Of a stretch of 64,000 bases of DNA, positions 53,508 through 64,000 are shown one piece after another. Made by a program: the position numbers and the translations under genes. The DNA is taken from assembly GCA_001949185.1 (NCBI GenBank), contig BDGG01000002.1, positions 3,469,826 through 3,533,825 of the forward strand, given 5' to 3'. The stretch is from Ramazzottius varieornatus. Taxonomy: Eukaryota; Animalia; Tardigrada. How positions within the stretch are numbered: the first letter of the stretch is position 1; each line of letters begins with the position of its first letter. The notes under the pieces were generated by a model. The model made no database searches and had not been told where the DNA came from. It saw only the letters and a list, made by a program, of their open reading frames with translations.

Positions 53508-56500
53508 ATGCATAAATCGGTCCATACATTTCGTCTGTCGACACCAACGTTGCCGGCTCCTGTGAACATCAAGCGCCTTTCCCGCACCGGCTCCTCCCTG
53601 TCGGGTAGCTCCAGCACTATCAATCGTTTATCTTGCGCGCCCGATGAGAGCGCCACACTTTCCCTGGCATTGCAGCAGAAATCCCCTGCTCCCGTCGCCA
53701 CTAATCCCAAAGCTCCGTCCTCATTGAATTTTAATTCCCGACAAGCATCTACTCAACAGAATCGTAGGAAAGTGGCTGAAGCCACTCCATCAGTGGATGA
53801 TCATTTGTACGAGGAAATCAACAGTGTTTACCGCAGCCCTTCTTCCACGATTTCTCCACCGGAAAATAACCCCTCCGTGATCAAAAGAAATTACCGCTGC
53901 CATGCTTCTACACTTTCCCCAGGAGATAACTCAAAACGAAATTCATATTGCCCTTCTTCTACGCATTTATCCTTTCCTGTGACTGGAAGAGGGAGTAAAA
54001 TGTCGACATCGACGTCGGTCTTGACCGCACCTATTTCTTCCCAGACTACTTCAAGTGTCAATCCCCCCCCTGACCCACCCAAATTAGCACCAGTCAGCGG
54101 TGTGCTGCACAATCAGGTAAGAGCCGTTTTACTCTTCGGTGTATTCGCAGAGAGATATGGTAATCGGGATGTGCTTAAGAAGAATAATTGCCACCTTTAC
54201 AAGTCGCCTTTCGATTGCTCTTGACAATGGTGTGAAAGGCAAGGGGACGCCTGCATCCCTGATCTTCCATGGATTCCTGAGATAAGATTAAACAATGGCT
54301 AGGGATGAACTTATTTCTTGGCTTCGGCTTGCTATGGCCGCTCTGGCCATTGGACAGCGGTCGTTCGCATCGATGAGCAAATTCAATAAGGAAAACGTGC
54401 AAGGGAATATCGATTGATATCCAACGAATTCCCTAAATATCTCTTTGGAAGTGGGTAAATGAAAGGCGCGGCTGGGCTGCAACAACTCCAAAACTTATTT
54501 GATTAAATGCAGTTTGAAATCGAATTGGGACTTCCAATGACCGAAAGAAAATGATCGTGACCGATCGAAAAGCGTTTCCTGTCCAAAACACCCTTTATCT
54601 TTATGACCCATACACAACTCCTGGAGATAGCTATACTATCAACGCGTTAAATAGCATGCCGGGAATATTTCTCGTTTATCCAAAATCCGTTTAGAAGATT
54701 CAGCATCATGATATGAATATCATAAGTTCGTCAGATACATGTTTTCTACGTTTGTCTACGTTTATCCACGCTTATCTGGGCACGACAGTTTATCGACACC
54801 GCAAAAACTTCATTTTTCGAAGTGATGACGCATTCCCACATTCTTCGTGCATTTTCCCACCAGTCGAGACCCAACCACGCCCATGTTAACGTCACAATTA
54901 ATCACCGCCTTGATTCTTGACACATGTTTGACTGATCAAAAAACATTTTGTCTATGTGGATTAAAGGCAGACAGTTCGAGAGTAAGACCGATGTCACCAG
55001 GCAGCTTTCAGCCTCCTTGCAAGCCGGCTGAATACATCCGGTGGTAGTTCAAGCGTAACCGGCGAACTTGTCAGCTAGACAGGTGCGGATATCGTGATGT
55101 GACTGAGCCGTCTAAACTGGCCTCTTCCCTTCCTTCACCTGTTGAAGGAGGGAAACTTAATCCGCGTCCAGCATATCTATTCATATTTACTGAACAAAAA
55201 GATCATCTTTGCCTCGGAACTTTTGCTATGACTTTTACTTGCTCTAAACGAGCCGGTTTGGTCGTCTTTCCAGCCACCGAGACCACAGAGGCTTTAGAAA
55301 TGCAAAGAAGGGAGAAAGAAGTTTAAACCGGTTTGACAGAAGCTTTAGAAGTCTTTGCTTTATAGCTAGAAGCTGAATTTGAATATGGACGCGGTGGCAT
55401 TTTCAAGGTTTCGAATTTCAACACAAGAGGTCGATTTCTCAAAGTGGGTAACAATCAGACAAGTTGAAGGGGGAAAGGCAAGGTGTAATGGAGAAACTGT
55501 TTGTGACACATAACGGGTCAGCAGACATGGAAAGACGTGAAAAGTTATAATTTGGTAATTGTAGCCATGAGTGCCCATATGTGAAGAGACTTGTGCGAGC
55601 ATGTTGTCTTCGAGCTCAGACTTAAATCAAAACGTCGCGGGAAATTGCATGCATGTGCCTCATTCCGACTAAGAACATTTTAATGATGACTGCATAGCGT
55701 ATTGCCACACAGTCAACGACGTGACCAATATCAGAAATGATGAATTATGACAGCTCTCGCCAATTTCGCTCACAGTGTATCCGCATTTCGGTAGATCATA
55801 TCGACTAAGAACATTTCTGCATGAGTGGTCTCCAACCGCTTTGCATGACTATCCAACGCAAGCTTGGCTCGGGTCGACTAAGAAATCTTCGTTCACGAGC
55901 GATAATTACAAAACTAAAAGTGATCGAATGTTAGCAAAGTTACGCACAATTTGAAGACCCAAAAGCATCAAAACTAGCATTGGAAGTATTATCGGGAACA
56001 GTGGGAAGTCCTTCTAGTCCGCACATTCCAGTAACGTTCATCTTTGGTTATGAAAATAAACTCGCATGGAGAGGAAACGCGTGGGTCACATCTGGCTGTA
56101 AGAGCCTATTTATATTCCCGCTTTATGGGCGGTCACTATACAGACGGAAGGATAAAATCAAAAGAGCATTATTTGTTCTAATGTGGCGCATTTTGTTTCG
56201 CTGTATGCTTTATTCATCAGTGTTTTTCTTACTTTGTAGAGTCCGGCACTCATCCGGCCTATTGCCTTCCGGCCGTACATCCGGACGCCGATCGATATCG
56301 ATCAGGACCTGGACGACGTGGTGGCTCCACTGACCTCACCCAAGCCGTCCCTTTCCCACAGTTCGACCAAGCCCACGGCTGAATCGGTCTCTAATGGCCA
56401 CTTGAGTCGTAAGCCCACCGGACGTTCGCTATCTGACCCCTGGAAGGGCAGTGGGAACCGGAAAGCCATTGCGCCCTTTGGAGCCAGCAGCAGTGATTTT

Positions 56501-57911
56501 AAAAGCCGCTCAACACCGTCGTCCGTCAAGGAGGAGACCGGCAGTCAACATGTGTATTATCCGTCCAGCAGTGACAAGTCCAGCTATGGATATGTCAGCT
56601 GCAGTGACCAAAGCGTCGAGAGCTTGTACAACGCTACGTCGGGAACCCCAAGAACCTACCATGCTCGCATGATCGGCTCCACGTGAGTGTTGACGCAAAA
56701 CAAGTCTTCCATCAAAATTTTTTCAAATATTTCAAAAAATACAAAAGAAGTCCTCAGTATTCAAACTTTTTTAACCTACAAAAGAAGTCCTCAGTACTGA
56801 TTTTTCACGGTTATCTGCAGTGACGAAGAAGCTTTCAACCTGGACGAAGGATACCATGTCATCAGTACACCTTCTCCGAGTGATTCCGGCATTGCTATCA
56901 ACTACGAAGCCCTTCTTCGAGACCGCGACAACGAGATTATCGCACTGCGGAAAACCATGGAGCTCAACGAGAATGTGATTTTCAGGGTACACGAAGAGAA
57001 AGAGGTATATTACGGAAACCACTTCCGTGTCTTTCGCATTCTAGTGTGTGATTGAACTCACCATTGTTTCATCTGCCGTTTAGGCTGCCTGGCGAAGGCA
57101 GAATGAGTCCATCAAGCAGCATTACGAAGGTCTACTGGAGAAGCAGCGAAAAGAGCAGGATCAGCGCGTTGCCGAGCTGACGCGGACCATTGAGGAGCTG
57201 CGTGGGCAGAGTGTCAAGCTGCAGACACAAGTGCAGACAGCCATGAACAGTAAAATTGATATGGAATCGTCAATTCAGCAATTAGAAAAGCAATGTCAAG
57301 ACGCACAGATACGCTTGGACGAGGCTAATTGGAGCGTCGGTGACAAGAACGGCCAGCTTGCCTTACTGAAGAAATCTACCCGTACTGCCGATAACGAGGC
57401 CACCTGTCAGCAAGTCACCATCCTCCAACAAAAACTGGAAGCTGCCCAAAAGGAAGCCCTACAAAGGAATGCGGAACTGAAAGACCTCCGGCAAACTCTC
57501 AACTTCCTCTCGCAAGAACTCTACCAAGTACAGCAGAAGTTTGACGCGACTAGGGAAGAACTCGATACGCGAAGGGACAGTGGTGCCGCCTCGAAATCGA
57601 ACCGCGAATCTATCGTGGCGAACCTTTGCGAGTCCTTGGATTATATGGACATGGAGAGGTTGAAGAAAGAAATGGCAGACATGAAAGCCAAGTACAATAC
57701 CGAAAAAAGAACGTTCGAGGAAGAAAGAGCGACGTGGTTCGAGGAGAAAGAGAAGGTGGTGAAGTACCAAAAGCAGCTTCAGTTGAATTATCTCGAGATT
57801 TATAAAAGGAATTGTAGTCTGGAAGCGCAGTTGGATGATGTCACGGCCAGTTTGAGACTGAACGGTCATGATGATTCAAGGCCGAATAGTGTGCGAGAAT
57901 CAGATTGTTGA
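53508..57911 (+). CDS. Leucine zipper tumour suppressor (LZTS/Fez1-domain)-like protein, multi-exon
   Basis: Ser/Pro-rich N-terminus with PPKLAPVSGVL, RPIAFRP and SPSDSG motifs; long coiled coil; C-terminal FEEERATWFEEKEKVVKYQKQLQLNYLEIYKRNCSLE (Fez1 signature); ends in PDZ-ligand-like ESDC. Confidence 0.82.
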
Positions 57912-58224
57912 GAAATAGTTCCTGGCGTTAGGGTTTTGTAGACTGGGAGTTTTCTGCTCGCATTGACACGAATATCTTTCTAGTTCTAAGTGTACCGATA
58001 GATCTCTTGCGAATGAATAATTAACACCGAAATATTGTCTGTCCAATCAAGAAAAGCAGATGAAACTCGAAATACACGGAACACTTCCACATTCAGGTGA
58101 TTAGTCGAGCGTCGTAATTCCTGGTGCAGCTTGCAAAAGCTGTAAAGCCACTAAACTTACAGTGCAGTCTAAGTTCTGATTGTTACAATTCATCGGAATA
58201 AAACCGGACTTCGTTCACAAAATT

Positions 58225-58296
58225 GGCCGCGTGGCCTAATGGCAAGGCGTCTGACTTCGAATCAGGAGATTGCGGGTTCGACCCCCACCGTGGTCA
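58225..58296 (+). tRNA. tRNA-Arg(TCG)
   Basis: Acceptor GGCCGCG/CGTGGTC-A, D arm TGGCCTAATGGCAAGGC, anticodon loop CT-TCG-AA, T loop GTTCGAC, followed by a T-run Pol III terminator. Confidence 0.93.
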
Positions 58297-58456
58297 ACTT
58301 TTTGGTTTCCAAAACAAGGTTTGAGTTGCCTGCTTTTACCTGTCACATACGCGATAAAAACATGGTAAAAGCACAAATGGTCTTTTCTTTCGGGAAAGCT
58401 GTCACGGTTCAAAATATCAGTCTTCCAATTTCCACTGGACGGGAAAATGTCAAAAG

Positions 58457-58529
58457 TGACTCTGCCGCGAGTCGAACGCGGAATCTCCTGATTCGTAGTC
58501 AGGCGCCTTAACCATTGGGCCACAGAGCC
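58457..58529 (-). tRNA. tRNA-Arg(ACG)
   Basis: Reverse complement GGCTCTG TGGCCCAATGGTTAAGGCG CCTGA CT-ACG-AA TCAGG AGATT CCGCGTTCGACTCGCGG CAGAGTC-A, then TTTT. Confidence 0.93.
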
Positions 58530-58779
58530 TTATCACGTATATTGTGTGAAATCATTCTTTATAACTATTGTGCTTCTCCACCCAAAACTGGATAATCCAT
58601 GTTTCGGATCTTCATAAAATTTTGCTCTGGTCTCCTATGCAGTTCTTCTGCCATACGATAATGCAACAGCAGTAACCATAGAAGAGATAGTTAAAGAGCC
58701 TAAACTATGTATCATGAAGAAAAGATCTGAGAAAAAGAAGAAGGGTTGCAACTGGGTGAGATAGAACTTACACGAGTTC

Positions 58780-59680
58780 TTAGTCTGCTGCCTTCGGCGA
58801 AACATCCACTCTTTGAGTTCTAAAGCAGAAGCCGTTTCGGCATTGTATCGTTAGACGGAACGGCGGGGGAACTCTGCAGGTACTGACGACCACATCCGTG
58901 TCGGTCGATGTAGTATTCGAAGCAACGAACTGCACTTCGCACTCCATACACGAGTGAACGGATTCGCACTCTACAATCGTAGAGCTTTTTAATTTCAGCA
59001 AATTCAGTTTACTATGAGAGAGTGCTATCAGTTTATATATTGAGAGTACTGCGAAAAAGTAGGGGCACCCTGTCAACTTACTTCGCCAGCAGCGTTTTCC
59101 AGGAATCTTTTCCGGTATATCCACACACTCGAATTCTACACCGCGAACTGTCAGACAATCGGCCTGCGATCTACACGTCATCGGACCGGTCAGCAGACAT
59201 TTGCGATCGGTGCAGCGATACATGGGCTTACAATCTGTATCTTGGCTGCACGACCCATCTGCAAAAAAAACCAGGGCACACTACACGACCTTACGTTCGT
59301 CAAGCGGATGCGTTTTGGGAAGCTATTACGGTACCTGTAGGTGGAAAATGCGGCGAGTCCTTCTTTACACAAAACTTCCATGTGTCGTCACAGCGGAACT
59401 TGGCGGGACATTCTTCGGTGCCATTGCAGATCTGAAGCTCGCTCTCAGTTGGAATTCCCGCGGTGTAGTACGCTTGTAGGAGAAGCTCTTTGAGATCGTC
59501 ACTCAGCGACATCCACTGGTCCGAATGGTTATCGGCCAGGCTCAAGTTTACACCACCAAGACCATAACCGTTCCCGTTTCGACCATTTCGCTTTCCTTTC
59601 AGAGGCACTGCTTGCCCATAAACAAAGAGAACGGCAGTCAACACGGCAAGAACAAGAGAAAGCACGTAGCTTTTTGCCAT
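58780..59680 (-). CDS. Secreted cysteine-rich protein of unknown family, paralog 1 (3 exons)
   Basis: Signal peptide MAKSYVLSLVLAVLTAVLFVYG; repeated C-x5-C-x5-C modules (CNGTEECPAKFRCDDTWKFC; CSQDTDCKPMYRC; CRSQADC...FEC...IPGKRCWR). Confidence 0.75.
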
Positions 59681-60382
59681 GGTTCTTGAGTAGTGGGACA
59701 AAGAAGGAGATATGATGGCTGCTTTTTCCAAGCGACAGAAAAAGTGGGTATGTCTCCGGATTCCTTCGATCCAGTTATATAATAAGATGCCTCGGTGTAG
59801 ACATGTTCCATAAAATCGTACGTCAATAGATCCGTCCCGAACAACCATTAAAGGAGCTCTTTAATATCATATTCTATTTTTCGCACATAAAATAAACACA
59901 GTTTGCTCGATAGACTAAAAATGACAGCTCGGACGTCGTTGTTGGATGGATTCGGTACGCAGTGCCTCCATCAAATTAGATTCTTTTGTAATCGTAGTCC
60001 CAGATTGGAACACAGCATATAAACAACAGCAGTAACTCGTGATAAAGAAGCGTGATCAGCGTGCGTCACATGCAAAAGAACTTTGCGGCCTTTCCCACAT
60101 GCAAAACCGTGAGAATACTTCTGTATGACGAATGGCCATTTCCGCCATATCAAACTCGATGGTTTGATAAAAATTTACTCATCCTGGGCACCGATCCAGG
60201 GTCATGCATTACTCATATTGTGAACTTTGGCATCCTTGGAGCTAAAGTTTGGCGGTTAGCTGCGCATGCATTGCACTGCGGCTGCGTGCGAGATATGCCA
60301 GACGCAGCTTGAATGTTTCGTCATTTGGACACCGTATGCGGTGACCCACGCTTCCCGCGGATCGACAGTCAAATCTATGGTG

Positions 60383-60432
60383 NNNNNNNNNNNNNNNNNN
60401 NNNNNNNNNNNNNNNNNNNNNNNNNNNNNNNN
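60383..60432. other. Assembly gap (50 N)
   Basis: Run of N. Confidence 0.99.
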
Positions 60433-60693
60433 GCGCATCCACCCGCGGTGAAAGTACTGTGGACTTGTGAGTCGCGCGGCTCACCATACAAACCCCACCA
60501 TCGTGTTTACAGCACATGTGATGGACGTTACAATTTATAATTCTTCAGTAAAGCTATTTGCATATCACAGATTGCCCGATTCTCTTACGATAAAGTATGT
60601 AACTCATGATTTTGCCATGAAACAAAGTCTGCTGGCTGTACGATGAGGAAGTTGATGGTGTCATGTGGGTTTGTAGTTGTACAGGTGGGTATC

Positions 60694-61490
60694 TCAATTG
60701 TAGTCGTCGCAGGCAATCTTTCTGCTGCAATAGCCATCACAGCAAGTGACAAATTTGCGAAAGGTCTCTGGATATCGGCATCTGTTCCCGTTGCAGTCGT
60801 GACAGTCGCGGTCCAGATGACACTCTGAAAGCCAGCAAGCGTTCAAAGTACTGGGATAACTTGGCTCCTCTTGGTCTACTACGCGCTACAGTATAGGTGG
60901 CGCTGCTTACTTCTATAGCACTGCTTCCCAGGAATTTGCGTTGATATTTCCCGGCATTCGTATTCCAACCCCAGTTCTTGAAAGCAATCCACCTTTCCCA
61001 TGCAGGCTTTGAAGAACGTGTACTCGCATGTGTTGTTAAAGCACCGGTACAGGAACGGGCATTCGTGATTATCTTCGCACGTTGCTGCAATCAGAAGCAT
61101 CTGTACAGTTTACGGTACACACCGATGTCAAGCTGCGAGTATTGACAACGAGTCCGTACTGTTGGGCATAGTTAGAGGGTATTCTGGAGCATCCTTTGCA
61201 ACGCACAGCTTGGTCGTGGTATCGCATCGTTGAAGTCTGCTGTCACAGTGGTCGTTCAATTCACAGAAGGTGGTGCCAGGTGGAAAACTTGCCTGCGTCA
61301 GAAAACGGATCAAGTGGGTTCGTTGCTCGTGTGAAAGCTCCACAAAGCTACTAGCTCCATGTCCTGTCAAAGTATAAGTACTGTGGCCTCCGCTGGTCGT
61401 CTGCTGGAAGCAGACGGATAACAGCACTGAAACCAAGATCACAGAAACATTCTGGACAGCAAAGGAACCCATCCTTAGAAGAAAAACCAT
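60694..61490 (-). CDS. Secreted cysteine-rich protein of unknown family, paralog 2 (3 exons; start 61490 or 61472)
   Basis: Hydrophobic N-terminus VILVSVLLSVCF; CELNDHCDSRLQRCDTTTKLCVAKDAP; CEDNHECPFLYRC; CMGKVDC...YEC...IPGKQCYR; last exon CHLDRDCHDCNGNRCRYP...CCDGYCSRKIACDDYN*. Confidence 0.75.
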
Positions 61491-61986
61491 GTGCCGATAT
61501 TGACCTTCGAGATGCGACACGTAGGAAACTCAAGGGTACGACAAAGAACGACGTTCTGTTATTGTAGGAGCAAGTCGCTTTTGGAAGGGTGTGGATCGTC
61601 TTCCGGTGAATATGTTGACAAGGCCTGTACGCTGAACGAACAGGGGCTCTTCCGACATCTTGCTTATCTGGCGTGGTGGCGGACTATCAAGACCATTAAA
61701 ATTTGTTATGAGCCATTCTATGGAGAAACCTCTGCACTGGATGTGGGCTATTCTTGGCGAGACCGAACTAGCGGTGAGGCAGAATTCAGAGGTGTGAGAC
61801 ATGACACCGTGATCACAAATTGGTGAATAACCGTCAAGTACTGAATTTCGCTCGAAAAACCCATGGCGTTTAATTATAGTATTATCATCTCTAGTACTGG
61901 AGTATATAGAGTACTCTATGTGAAAGCAAGATTTAAATCAGCCGATTTCTTTCGAACGCTTTCCGCGATGCGGTTTCAGCAGTTTT

Positions 61987-63838
61987 CTACACCACGCCGT
62001 CGATCATGTAGAGCTGGTGCTCTAACTTGTCCAGTTTTTCCAGTTTGGCCAGGTGGCGCTTCAATTCGTTTGTCTCCTCGACCATCTTTGCCAAAGCCTC
62101 CTCCATCTTTTTATTCAATTGCGGAGTGGTATCTTCCAGTTTGTCCAATCGATGTTCCGTCGGGGACTTATTCTGCTCCTCTTCCGGGGTAGAGTCCATT
62201 CGACCACTCGGCCGACCTCTCTCGACCAGCGCCTTCTTCGCCAACGGAAAGCTCTCCAGGACTTCCTGGAAGTCTTGCTTGGACAGCGTAAACAGCTCGG
62301 AATAGGATTGGCTGCGGACGGTCTGTGTGCGGAGTGGGTCGACCTTCGTGAAGCCGCTGAGGAGGCTGACTTCGCCGAAGACGCTACCCTGCGACAGTGA
62401 CCCGTAGATCTCGGATCCATCTTCGGAAACAATGTGGAGTATGCCGGTCCGGACAATGTACATTTCGCGGGCCACTTCGCCTTTGCGGAAAACCAAGTCA
62501 CCGGGTCCGTAGAAATGGCGCTCGAGTCGCATGATGAATTCTTCCAGGGCTTGCGGCTCGCACCCGCGGAATAGTTTAACCCTCTGCAAGAGCAGCAATT
62601 ACTGCGATTTAAGATAGAAGAACGACCGGTGTACGAATTTGGGAGAAATGACAATGTTCTTATCCGACGACCCCACTTCTTCACACGCCGTTACGTGTCG
62701 CAAGTGCATCTTCAGCGTGATAAAATAATACAGCAAGAGTTTCAGATTGGTGTAGAAATCGTAATTTTTCTCAGCACTGGACTGCGCTGTTTTTGAACTT
62801 GGAGTTTGATTTTAGATGGGTGTGTCACAAGTTTTGGGGTCGAGTGTACCTGAAACGTGTCTTGAAACGAAACTTTTGCGATGGCCAGTCTCAAAATGGG
62901 CGGTAAAATTTCTAAGTCGGCCTGTTCATCCGTGAACATTTTCTGTTCCCACACATAGTTAAACCAGGCCCGAACCCTCTTTTGCATGTGCTCATCGACG
63001 TCCCGTAAAGCCATGTACTGCTTCACCGCATCCAAATGATGGCGGTACGCTTCAAGATGTCTGTTCTTGGCAGCCAGGAGATGTTCGGCGATCGCGATGC
63101 CGGCACCCAGGAGGAAGGTCCCTTCCAGTGTGACAAAGATACGTAGGACGCATTCGTACCAGTTGGCGTAGACCAATCCATCAACGTCCTTGGCAAGTAC
63201 TACCAATGCCCACTGGAAACTCCGCAGGTACAGGTTGATAAAGTTGCCTTCTTCCGGTGTGGTGGTGTTGGCGAAGTTCGGGAAGGTCCAAAGATCGAAG
63301 CCGAAGCCTTGCCAATAGTTGAGGGCGTAGTAGGCGCAGCAGTTGAAGTGAATCACAATGATCGAATACAAAACCACCTAAAAAGCACGTAGGGAGGTAA
63401 AGCCTCAAAGACCAGAAGAAAATACTCAAAACAGTATGAAAAAAAGGATTCTGGATCGCTAATCGTAAACTGATCCTCAATGATAACCAGCAGCAAGAAA
63501 ACTCGGTTCGAAAGAAGGAATAGACTGATAATTTAATCTACCTGTTTTATCTCAGCGTCCGGTAAAGATTTTAAAAAGTGTTCAAAGTAGCCGCACCTGA
63601 AGGAAACGAAAGTAGACGGCGTAAGTCGAATGGACGTGGGTGCGTTCAAAGAGTTCCTGGACGCGGTGAAAGCGAAGAAGGCGATTCAAGCGGACTGCGG
63701 CCATGCGGATGCCCCATACGAAGTACAGAAAGTCGGTGGGGATAATGCTGAGAATGTCCAACTTGAACTGGGTGCTGCGGAAATACTGCTTCCGTGATAT
63801 ACGAAGATCTGCGGCCGGAATACCTTTTCGCGGAATAC
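61987..63838 (-). CDS. Cyclic-nucleotide-gated channel-like subunit; exons 63838-63597, 63377-62850, 62583-61987; 5' part beyond the right edge
   Basis: FKLDILSIIPTD, S4 VRLNRLLRFHRV, IVIHFNCCAYY, C-linker LDAVKQYM..R.V...MQKRVRAWFNYVW, CNBD YGPGDLVFRKGEVAREMYIV...GSVFGEVSLL...RTQTVRS.SYSELFTLSK, C-terminal coiled coil. Confidence 0.85.
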
Positions 63839-64000
63839 CTGAAAACACCCGAAAAACACGTTGATATGGCATGTTCGCTACGGCTGTGTTCTGAGACTAA
63901 ATCTCATCATATAAAAAAGCTGGCTAAATTATAAACATGGATAAAGCTACGTTACGAGGTTTATTTGATTAGTATGGATTATGGCATATTTGTCTTACTT

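Noticed and set aside
58236-58523. ORFs overlapping the tRNA genes
   Set aside because: Spurious translations of tRNA sequence (MAQWLRRLTTNQEI is a typical tRNA-derived artefact).
60242-60540. ORFs spanning the N run
   Set aside because: Artefacts of translating through an assembly gap.

Overview
This is a 64-kb window of a compact, intron-rich animal genome. Most introns are 55-100 nt, genes are closely packed, and there is one 50-N gap. Several Abd-B paralogs with no other Hox gene beside them, plus the gene density, suggest a eutardigrade such as Ramazzottius; this is inference only. Gene order, reconstructed by eye from splice sites and reading frames: USP19-like (-, runs off left edge), SLC25A35/34-like (+), CREBZF-like bZIP (+), SLC1/EAAT transporter (+), CBM14 chitin-binding protein (+), DNAJB13-like (+), two convergent Abd-B Hox paralogs, an apparent NMNAT-UROS fusion gene (-), ROMO1 (-), BIN3-like (+), CHK2-like kinase (-), GH3-domain protein (+), LZTS-like (+), two convergent tRNA-Arg genes, two paralogous secreted Cys-rich orphan genes (-), and a CNG-channel-like gene (-, runs off right edge). 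Non-coding DNA holds a hAT-type element nested in a Tc1/mariner-type element, a second hAT MITE, an ~880-bp foldback, and about a dozen copies of a ~120-bp palindromic repeat, mostly in introns. The strongest novel candidate is the NMNAT-UROS locus. The NMNAT stop codon lies inside a GTAAGC splice donor whose 66-nt intron joins NMNAT in frame to a uroporphyrinogen-III synthase that has no start codon of its own. Splicing would give an NAD+/heme-pathway fusion enzyme, and intron retention would give stand-alone NMNAT. Other highlights are an ATF4-like uORF arrangement on the bZIP, a CHK2 whose FHA domain lacks the pThr-binding Arg, and a CNG subunit with an unrecognisable selectivity filter.
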